A DNA stretch of 64,000 bases, taken from Candidatus Aenigmatarchaeota archaeon. Lineage in GTDB: Archaea; Aenigmatarchaeota; Aenigmatarchaeia; Aenigmatarchaeales; Aenigmatarchaeaceae. The translations under genes were made by a program, and so were the position numbers. Below the pieces are notes generated by a model, which made no database searches, was not told the origin of the DNA, and worked only from the letters and a program-made list of their open reading frames with translations. Where the stretch lies: positions 7,253-71,252 of the forward strand of contig JBDRJK010000021.1 of assembly GCA_043814985.1 (NCBI GenBank), in the 5' to 3' direction. Below, one piece after another: positions 9,273 to 16,540 of the stretch (position 1 is the stretch's first letter; each line of letters opens with the position of its first letter).

Positions 9273-10150
9273 ACCACCTTAAAGGTTACTGAACCAGGGT
9301 CGACTGTTAAACCAAAATCGAATTCAAGCTCATCATCACCTGTTATTTCCTTCTTATACTTGAATCTTAGTTCAACATACTCATAAGGAATTAATGCATT
9401 AATGGAACTAGGTTCCCCTGGTTTCAAAGGTGCCAGGCAATACGCGTCAGAATGAGGACAATAGCCTACAATGGTTATCTCCACAATATTTTCGTCTATG
9501 TTTGCTATCCTGTTGAAATCTAAGCCAACAAATCTGGGGTCCCCGCTTCCTTTCAGATTATACAATTCATTCACAAGAGCTCCAGGATTGCTTAGAATAT
9601 CTTCAAAATGAGAATCCTCCATTATGGCCCTGCCTGCATTAAGCAGTTTGAAGTAATTGGAGTCTATTATAGAATCAATTTTATGGTCAACAGATATTCT
9701 AGCATCAATGCCTTCGTCATAAAAAGAAATGTACCTGCTTCCCCTTACAAAAAATTGCGTCGAGGCATGGTCATTAACGTCTATTTCAGCCTCATCGAAA
9801 TTTACGCTTATGCTTCCCTTTTCATAGGACTTGGGCATGTTCCTCTTTATCCTTCTCACCAGTTCATCTTCTAGGGTTTGGATTTTGGGATAATCTGGTG
9901 TCCAGAAATCCTCGTATTCCAGGCCGCCAGTTTTACCCAGTTCAAAGGCAGCTCTCTGAGAAATGAAATATAAACTCTGGTCAAATGACTTCAAAAGAAG
10001 TTCAGCCTGGTTTGAAAATGATAACAGCTTGCCCTCTACAGTCACTATGTTCCTTTCAACATTGTATCCCATGTTCAGTCTCAGCAAGAACAGACTGGTG
10101 AGTATGAGTGTTATTCCCACGAAAGCATATGCCCAAACCTGACCTTTCAT
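9263..10150 (-). CDS. Pilin-like protein (class III signal-like), 295 aa
   Basis: Start moved to MKG|QVWAYAFVGITLILTSLFLL (ATGA-type overlap with upstream gene). Confidence 0.78.
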   Translation of the reverse strand: MKGQVWAYAFVGITLILTSLFLLRLNMGYNVERNIVTVEGKLLSFSNQAELLLKSFDQSLYFISQRAAFELGKTGGLEYEDFWTPDYPKIQTLEDELVRRIKRNMPKSYEKGSISVNFDEAEIDVNDHASTQFFVRGSRYISFYDEGIDARISVDHKIDSIIDSNYFKLLNAGRAIMEDSHFEDILSNPGALVNELYNLKGSGDPRFVGLDFNRIANIDENIVEITIVGYCPHSDAYCLAPLKPGEPSSINALIPYEYVELRFKYKKEITGDDELEFDFGLTVDPGSVTFKVVCP

Positions 10151-10653
10151 TTTACATACACCCAAAGCTTTAATTCAACATCTGTTCCGTCCAATGTAAA
10201 CAATTTTGTTGAGCTCTCCTGAACGCGCAGCGGAGTCCTGGGCAGTGATGGCATGTTCTCTTGGACAATTATTATTTCCCTTGTGCCGGTGACTGCTTTT
10301 AACAGGTAAGGCTCGTCAATCCTTGAGGACAAGAAGTTTTCACAAACCGAGCTCAAGTCTATTAAATTGCCTTCCAACCATACTACAGTGTTTTCCTGGA
10401 TCGCCACTGCGTTCAGTATCTTTTTTATTGGCATTCCATTATTCTCGTACTCCATCAGTGATAGTAATGTTGTGTCATATCTAACAGGATTGAAAAATAA
10501 GGTTAGCTCAACGGTTCTCGTTGTTGCAACGCCCAAATTAGTCTCGACATTATAGAGGAGAATAAAGGCCCACAAAATAAGCATTGAAAGCATTATCACT
10601 CCTAATAGGACGAATATCGAGAATATGTCTGAGAAAAGCTGGAATCCCTTCAT
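10147..10653 (-). CDS. Pilin-like protein
   Basis: MKG|FQLFSDIFSIFVLLGVIMLSMLILW; translationally coupled. Confidence 0.78.
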   Translation of the reverse strand: MKGFQLFSDIFSIFVLLGVIMLSMLILWAFILLYNVETNLGVATTRTVELTLFFNPVRYDTTLLSLMEYENNGMPIKKILNAVAIQENTVVWLEGNLIDLSSVCENFLSSRIDEPYLLKAVTGTREIIIVQENMPSLPRTPLRVQESSTKLFTLDGTDVELKLWVYVK

Positions 10654-11048
10654 AGCCTAACCACCAACTCGCCAGGGACTTTCTGGCCATTCCCTAATTC
10701 AACCAGGACATCAAAAACCGCCTTGTCATCCATGAAAGGCTCTGAGCCCAGGAGCACTGTCCTGCTGAAACTTTCGGTTGTTATCTCTATTTCTCCAGCA
10801 GGGTAGTCGAAGCAAGAATCAAGGCTGTCTATTTTTGACTGTAGTATTATGCCCTTCATCCCGTTATTCAGGCAAGGGGATGACATCAGGGCATTTCCTA
10901 AAACATACGCTTCCCTGTTCGCGTCGTTCCTGTAAACAGTAATCTCATAAGTTACATAGGTGAAGAATATCGCCAAGGCTCCCATTACCATCAGTGCTAT
11001 CTGCACTAATTTTATGAAAGTCGATGTTAATTCGGACTGTCCTTTCAT
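10650..11048 (-). CDS. Pilin-like protein
   Basis: MKG|QSELTSTFIKLVQIALMVMGALAIFF, a typical archaeal KG-Q cleavage motif. Confidence 0.82.
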   Translation of the reverse strand: MKGQSELTSTFIKLVQIALMVMGALAIFFTYVTYEITVYRNDANREAYVLGNALMSSPCLNNGMKGIILQSKIDSLDSCFDYPAGEIEITTESFSRTVLLGSEPFMDDKAVFDVLVELGNGQKVPGELVVRL

Positions 11049-11050
11049 CT

Positions 11051-11542
11051 TTACACCGATATTGTTTCTGCTTTTGGATATTCAGGGGTTGGGGCACCAA
11101 TAGATAGGAAGCAAGTCCCATCACTTCTCTCTATCTTTTTAACAGTTATTGTTTGCTTCAAGCCTCTCTTGAGCTTTATTTCTTGTTCATATATTTCACA
11201 GTCAGATGCAAATGCAGTTGGCTCTATTGTTGCAAACTTTGCCTTCAGGTAATAGTCCCCAGGAGGAATAATATGGACGTAGTTCACACCATCCTCTTCA
11301 TAAACACTTATAGTGTATGCCTGCCCTGTTGTTTCAGTGCTTGCCACGAACTCTCCTGGTGCGAAACTGCCTATTGACATGCTTGATGTTAGCCAGTTTT
11401 GAAGCAGGATAGGCTCTACGAACATGAGATAATAGAAGGTGTTGCTTGCAATGCCCTCTTGCCCGAACAGGGTTACCAGTATTACTAAGAGAACAATGAC
11501 TTCTGCAACAAATTTTAGAAAATCCTTTGTTATTTCACTCAT
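11051..11542 (-). CDS. Pilin-like/membrane-anchored protein
   Basis: 163 aa, N-terminal hydrophobic helix, in operon. Confidence 0.72.
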   Translation of the reverse strand: MSEITKDFLKFVAEVIVLLVILVTLFGQEGIASNTFYYLMFVEPILLQNWLTSSMSIGSFAPGEFVASTETTGQAYTISVYEEDGVNYVHIIPPGDYYLKAKFATIEPTAFASDCEIYEQEIKLKRGLKQTITVKKIERSDGTCFLSIGAPTPEYPKAETISV

Positions 11543-11574
11543 AAAATATAATTCATTTGGTATTTAATTATAGG

Positions 11575-14133
11575 TTACCCACCTTCCAACTCTTCCTTGA
11601 CGTTTGCTGCTCCCTCAAGAGGAACTTGAGTGGCGCCCTGTACCAGCTCGTTCCAGGTCAATGGCTTCCACGGTTCTAGAGGCCAGCTTATCATAGACTC
11701 TAAAACTGCTTGGAACAATGATGATGGGTCCACCCAATCAAATATCTTCCATATCTTACTGTTTATAGCTTTTTTGAACACACCACTAGCCTTGTTGTGG
11801 ACGCCGCCAACTATTAATTGTGCAATATCAGTAGCATCAGATGCGAGCCAGGCTCCAGCATATGCATTTACCAGGTCAGTGTCTGCATAGCAATAGTTTG
11901 AGGCAGTGTCGTTCAGGTCAAACCTTTCTATGTCGACGAATATTGTCCACTCGCCCTCGTATCTAGTTTTCCACACCTTGGCCTCTGCAAAGCACGGTCC
12001 AACAGCATAAAACCTTGGATGCTCTGGCACAGCCATTAGAAGTGCTGAATAACCTGCAAATTGGGACCATGCTGTTACTGGTCTCCAAACTCTTATGAAG
12101 TAGTCTTTGGCACTTTCCTTCAAGTAAAAGGGATATTCGTCTAAAGATCCATGGGAGAAGACGCAGAGAGAATTTCCCAGACAACCTTCATAATCGCTCA
12201 GGAATAGCCCCAAAGCTATTGAGTTGGTTGGTGTTATCAGGTTCCTTGCCTTGTACCAGACTGGTCTTGTACGTTTTACATATTTCTTCAGTGTCTCATC
12301 CCATTTGTTATACCAAGGTCTGCTGTCCTGCTTGAAAAGACTAATTACTACCCCATCATCTACATCAGCCCAAGGTTCCAAACCTTTAGCATTAGCCCAG
12401 TCCTTGATATACCTCTCGAACCAGACTTGGGGCATTTTTTGTCGAGTGCCTGCTGGACCATACAAATTCGATATATCATCGTAAATCTTCAAAATCTCGC
12501 TGTCAGAGATTGCCACGTCAAAATTGGGAAGACTGCGTAAATGATCTACAATGCCTAGATTAGGACCTGTATTAGGACCTGTAGTAGCTCTAGGAATCCC
12601 ATCTAGTATTCCATTTGCTATATCTTCGTAACTATTAACCCTCAAATGAGTGGGGAACATCATTATGCCAGCTTCTGTAGTTAAGGGGTTATAGAGATTG
12701 TCAAGTGCATCCAAGGGATCTGTAACACCCATTGCTTTTAATTTATCTGGTATTCCAGTAGAGTCTGTTAAGACACCATTAACCTTAACACCAACCTCAT
12801 CCCAAGAATTCCTAAGCCCTGTCAATAAACCATTTCCTGCAGGATCCAGAATATCATCTGAGAATAAAACTGTCCTTTCAACATTGAATTTTGTTAGCAC
12901 ATCATCAATTAAGATACCGTCAGCGTATTTAGCCAATTCTTCATTAATTGTCCGTCTTTTCAAAAAATCATTATAGTAATTTGTTTTTTTCAGGTCATCT
13001 AAAGTTGCTTGTATTGCCCCTGTTTCATCAAATGCCAATGTGCTTTCTAAAGATCTAGCTCGTCTCTGATCTACAGGATTAGGGCTTGTTTTCAACTCAT
13101 CAATTTGATCCTGTAACACCTCTGCTGTGCTACTTGTTTCAAAAAGGTAGTCATTCTTATTTACACCTTCTGTAAGAGCTTCTCCTATTGTGTTGGTTTC
13201 ATAATCGTATCTGAATGCTACTACCCCTGGACGACCTCCCTCACTGATACTTTCAGGAGGAAGTATGCCTCCTGGGCAATCATTGCATTTCAAAAACCCA
13301 TAGGCAACATCCTCTTTCTCACCTCGTATTATCATTCTATTAGTTAGGGGCCTCCGTGTATTGTCTACCACAATTTGTCCATTAGATGTTATCATGAATT
13401 TATTACCTGATTTTTTCAATATCCCTATATCACTAAGGCCTTCTACTATTTCATCAAACTGTTTTTCTGTCAGTTGGTTGGCAACTTTGATAGCTTCGCG
13501 TCCATCAACAGTTTTGAAACCGTTCAAGAAATTTTTAAAATCAACATCATCAAGAAGTTTATTAGGTCTGAAGATTGAATCAAACAAGTTAAAATTAATC
13601 TCATCTATTTTGCCGGCTATCCTTCTGTAAGTATTAATTCTCTTTATACCCTTCCAAATCTTAGGTCCCCATGACACGAGTTCAACTCCAGTAGATACTG
13701 CCTTTAGACCACCCCAGAATATCAGTGTGGAGCCTGCACCACCGCTCCAAGGATAGTTTTCTGTCCACAGTCCTTGCCAACCAAAGACCGTCCTTCCCGG
13801 GTCCGGGAACTTCTCGTAATATATCTTGTACTCAGGCTCACCACCAAAATACCTAAGCATAGTTTCATAGTTGCCGTAATTTTGCTGGCACAGTCTTATA
13901 AAGGATTTTCTATAATATGCCACATTGTCATTGCTGGGAACCCCGTCCTCGTAGTTCCAAAATGGAAAGTCCTCCCTTGAAACATCATTTATGGCGTTCA
14001 TCAAGTGGAATGCTGTTGTGTTTGCCAGGTCATCGCATTCCGGGGAGCCGAGTATGTGATTGAGTGCAAAAAGAACCACAATGAAAACAACTAGCATTAG
14101 AACAATAACAATTGGTATGTTTGTCGCTTTCAT
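11575..14133 (-). CDS. Large pilin-like-anchored protein (852 aa), function unknown
   Basis: MKA|TNIPIVIVLMLVVFIVVLFAL; long ORF. Confidence 0.8.
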   Translation of the reverse strand: MKATNIPIVIVLMLVVFIVVLFALNHILGSPECDDLANTTAFHLMNAINDVSREDFPFWNYEDGVPSNDNVAYYRKSFIRLCQQNYGNYETMLRYFGGEPEYKIYYEKFPDPGRTVFGWQGLWTENYPWSGGAGSTLIFWGGLKAVSTGVELVSWGPKIWKGIKRINTYRRIAGKIDEINFNLFDSIFRPNKLLDDVDFKNFLNGFKTVDGREAIKVANQLTEKQFDEIVEGLSDIGILKKSGNKFMITSNGQIVVDNTRRPLTNRMIIRGEKEDVAYGFLKCNDCPGGILPPESISEGGRPGVVAFRYDYETNTIGEALTEGVNKNDYLFETSSTAEVLQDQIDELKTSPNPVDQRRARSLESTLAFDETGAIQATLDDLKKTNYYNDFLKRRTINEELAKYADGILIDDVLTKFNVERTVLFSDDILDPAGNGLLTGLRNSWDEVGVKVNGVLTDSTGIPDKLKAMGVTDPLDALDNLYNPLTTEAGIMMFPTHLRVNSYEDIANGILDGIPRATTGPNTGPNLGIVDHLRSLPNFDVAISDSEILKIYDDISNLYGPAGTRQKMPQVWFERYIKDWANAKGLEPWADVDDGVVISLFKQDSRPWYNKWDETLKKYVKRTRPVWYKARNLITPTNSIALGLFLSDYEGCLGNSLCVFSHGSLDEYPFYLKESAKDYFIRVWRPVTAWSQFAGYSALLMAVPEHPRFYAVGPCFAEAKVWKTRYEGEWTIFVDIERFDLNDTASNYCYADTDLVNAYAGAWLASDATDIAQLIVGGVHNKASGVFKKAINSKIWKIFDWVDPSSLFQAVLESMISWPLEPWKPLTWNELVQGATQVPLEGAANVKEELEGG

Positions 14134-14150
14134 TATATATCAACATTAAT

Positions 14151-14456
14151 TTACTGTTTGGGTGGGCAGGAGCAATAAACTTCCAAGTCTTTGACAGTTT
14201 GAATTTTTAAACGTTCGAAAGCCAATGTATACAAATCCCCTCCACTCGGGTCTTCTTCAATGCACTGTATATCTTGAATTACACTGATGCTTGTGGGACA
14301 GCCATATGCCCTGTATTTAATGCAGCAGTTTCTCATTTCATTCTGCAGATTTAAATCTTCACCAAAAGGAAGTATGTTTCCTGTTACCAACAGCGCTCCT
14401 ACAACTATAACAATTAAGAAAATTACAAGCAATACCAACTTATCTAAAGCCATCAT
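14151..14456 (-). CDS. Small Cys-rich pilin-like protein
   Basis: N-terminal TM helix, 6 Cys in the globular part, ATGA overlap. Confidence 0.75.
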   Translation of the reverse strand: MMALDKLVLLVIFLIVIVVGALLVTGNILPFGEDLNLQNEMRNCCIKYRAYGCPTSISVIQDIQCIEEDPSGGDLYTLAFERLKIQTVKDLEVYCSCPPKQ

Positions 14457-14767
14457 ATTTTAGCCTTACAAAGGTTTCTACAATTATCTATGTCCCAATT
14501 TGACATGTCGTCGTCAGGGGGTTTCCCAAGGGCAGTTGCACAGTTCTCATTCACAGGGTATATCTCATTGTTTGCTATAACGTTTTGACCTTTACCTTCT
14601 CTGTAGTCTCCAACTCCCCAGTAAATACAGAACTGCCTGAAGTCTATTTGATTGCCTGTGTCCTCCCCGAAGGAGAAAACAGGATTGACCACAATTATCG
14701 CTATTACTAGGAGAATAATGACTACAAATATCAAACCTAAAAGCACCTCTAATTCTAAGCCCTTCAT
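14453..14767 (-). CDS. Small pilin-like protein
   Basis: MKG|LELEVLLGLIFVVIILLVIAIIVV; 4 Cys. Confidence 0.82.
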   Translation of the reverse strand: MKGLELEVLLGLIFVVIILLVIAIIVVNPVFSFGEDTGNQIDFRQFCIYWGVGDYREGKGQNVIANNEIYPVNENCATALGKPPDDDMSNWDIDNCRNLCKAKI

Positions 14768-14771
14768 ATAA

Positions 14772-16043
14772 TCACGTTATACAATTAGTGCACCAAATGC
14801 TGATGGTTGTGTCATACTTGTCAACGCAAATTGGATATTCCACCGTTCCTGCAATTATATTAAACCAGTTTTTGACTGAAACTATGTACGTTCTCACTAG
14901 GGTCTCATGACCCAGTTTTCCATTGGCAGTAATTCCGCCACCAATCTTGATTGTAACAGGAACACGACCTTGACCTTGACACCATCTACCTTCTGTAATT
15001 TTTGATGAAAGGCAATCCTGTTCAGACAGACATGACTCATCATCAGTTATGGTAGTACCTGAAAAAAGGTCTCTTAACTTTTGCATGGTAAAGGGACTTT
15101 GTGTTGGTTGTATGACTACAGTCGCACGATAGACTTCCCTGGCCTCTTCATACCAATGACCGATAATATCGGTCTTTCTGGTGTTACTTAATACATCAGC
15201 AATAAAATCAAACTTATCTTCAGGCCTATTTACTGGGATTTCCTCAAAATGTAACTCGTACTGCAGATTGGTGGGATACCACACTGTACCGTAGATGTAC
15301 TCTTTGCCGCTTTCTAATACCTTGTTATAAATCCATTCAATGTTGTCCCTACCTTGATCTCCACCATCACAAAAATCATCCCCAACATTGCTCCCACCGT
15401 CACAGTGTCTATCCCAATTTCCTATATTGTTCGCATTAGGGACAAAGCAAGCATTGTTGCCAAACTCAGTTAAAACGCCATCTATGGGGTCTGCAAATTC
15501 ATCCGAACAAATGTACTTATCATCTAAAGTCCTGTCCTTCAAGTTGTAGTTTACGCAGATCTCGTCAAGGAGCGGTATGGCTGTCCCACCCTCTTGGCAG
15601 AAATTACATCCTTCAGTAAGGCTTCCTGTTCCTCCTGGATTATTCCTACCCGCTTCAAGCTCGAATCTTTTAATGTCTATTAGGCATTTTGTGCCTAGGC
15701 AGTTTTTGCCGTTGCCAATATCCCTGGTTTCAGAAAAACCCTTGGATATAAAATCATCTGAAATGGTATTTGCTATTTCACATGCAACCTCGGAAGGCTG
15801 TCTTGGTCCTGCATTTCCTGAATACCTATCAAAGTAATCATCAACATACTCTAGCGGTCCCAAGGCATCCTCTTTCGAAATGTCGAACTCATTACCAACA
15901 TCGTACCCCGGAACTGTTCTGCCAAGAATATCAATGAGCGACTCCTTTGTGACTATCTGGAAAAGGAAAATAGCAAAGGCTATTAACAGAACAAGGAAAA
16001 GGATTTTCGGAAGGTAATCAATCAACGTTCCCATTACGCCCAT
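14772..16043 (-). CDS. Membrane-anchored Cys-containing protein, paralog of the N-terminal half of 16541-19504
   Basis: Shared blocks QPSExACxIAN, CQEGGTAIPLLDExCVN, FGNNxCxVPN, NWDxHCxGG. Confidence 0.82.
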   Translation of the reverse strand: MGVMGTLIDYLPKILFLVLLIAFAIFLFQIVTKESLIDILGRTVPGYDVGNEFDISKEDALGPLEYVDDYFDRYSGNAGPRQPSEVACEIANTISDDFISKGFSETRDIGNGKNCLGTKCLIDIKRFELEAGRNNPGGTGSLTEGCNFCQEGGTAIPLLDEICVNYNLKDRTLDDKYICSDEFADPIDGVLTEFGNNACFVPNANNIGNWDRHCDGGSNVGDDFCDGGDQGRDNIEWIYNKVLESGKEYIYGTVWYPTNLQYELHFEEIPVNRPEDKFDFIADVLSNTRKTDIIGHWYEEAREVYRATVVIQPTQSPFTMQKLRDLFSGTTITDDESCLSEQDCLSSKITEGRWCQGQGRVPVTIKIGGGITANGKLGHETLVRTYIVSVKNWFNIIAGTVEYPICVDKYDTTISIWCTNCIT

Positions 16044-16107
16044 AAATCCTATTGGTTAGAACTATATATTAAATGTTTTGTTTTCTTCTGATTAAATTGT
16101 GATATTT

Positions 16108-16503
16108 CTATGAGCACTTGTTGTCAGACCCGCAACTGCCCATTATGCAGTCAGCATCTGTCATGCAGCCGCAGAACGGCTGAAAATCCCCAGGATATAC
16201 TGTTATGCATCTTGTGCCGTCTTCTTGGTTTAGGCAATCTTCATGGGTCTTGCAAATCTCCATTTCCCTGTCATATTCACTGAAACGTTCGGGATCATAG
16301 CTGTAATCATTGTCAGCGTTCAAATCAGTGTGACACCCAGGGTCTTCCTTGTCAACCAACATGTCATTATCGTTGTCCCTTCCGTCACTGCATTCCGGAA
16401 TTTTTTCTGACTGATTGCCCATCCAGCTTCCTACCAGCACGGCTAGAAACACTATTAAAATAATGAAAGCCATTAAAACTATAATGTCATTGTCGCCTTT
16501 CAT
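16108..16503 (-). CDS. Pilin-like protein with an Asp-rich putative Ca-binding loop and a small Cys domain
   Basis: MKG|DNDIIVLMAFIILIVFLAVLV; ECSDGRDNDNDMLVDKEDPGC. Confidence 0.78.
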   Translation of the reverse strand: MKGDNDIIVLMAFIILIVFLAVLVGSWMGNQSEKIPECSDGRDNDNDMLVDKEDPGCHTDLNADNDYSYDPERFSEYDREMEICKTHEDCLNQEDGTRCITVYPGDFQPFCGCMTDADCIMGSCGSDNKCS

Positions 16504-16540
16504 AAGAAAGATATTCTATTTTTAGAATATAAAATTAGGG

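Noticed and set aside
12560-12584. Short tandem repeat taggacctgta
   Set aside because: A two-copy in-frame GPNT duplication, too short to interpret
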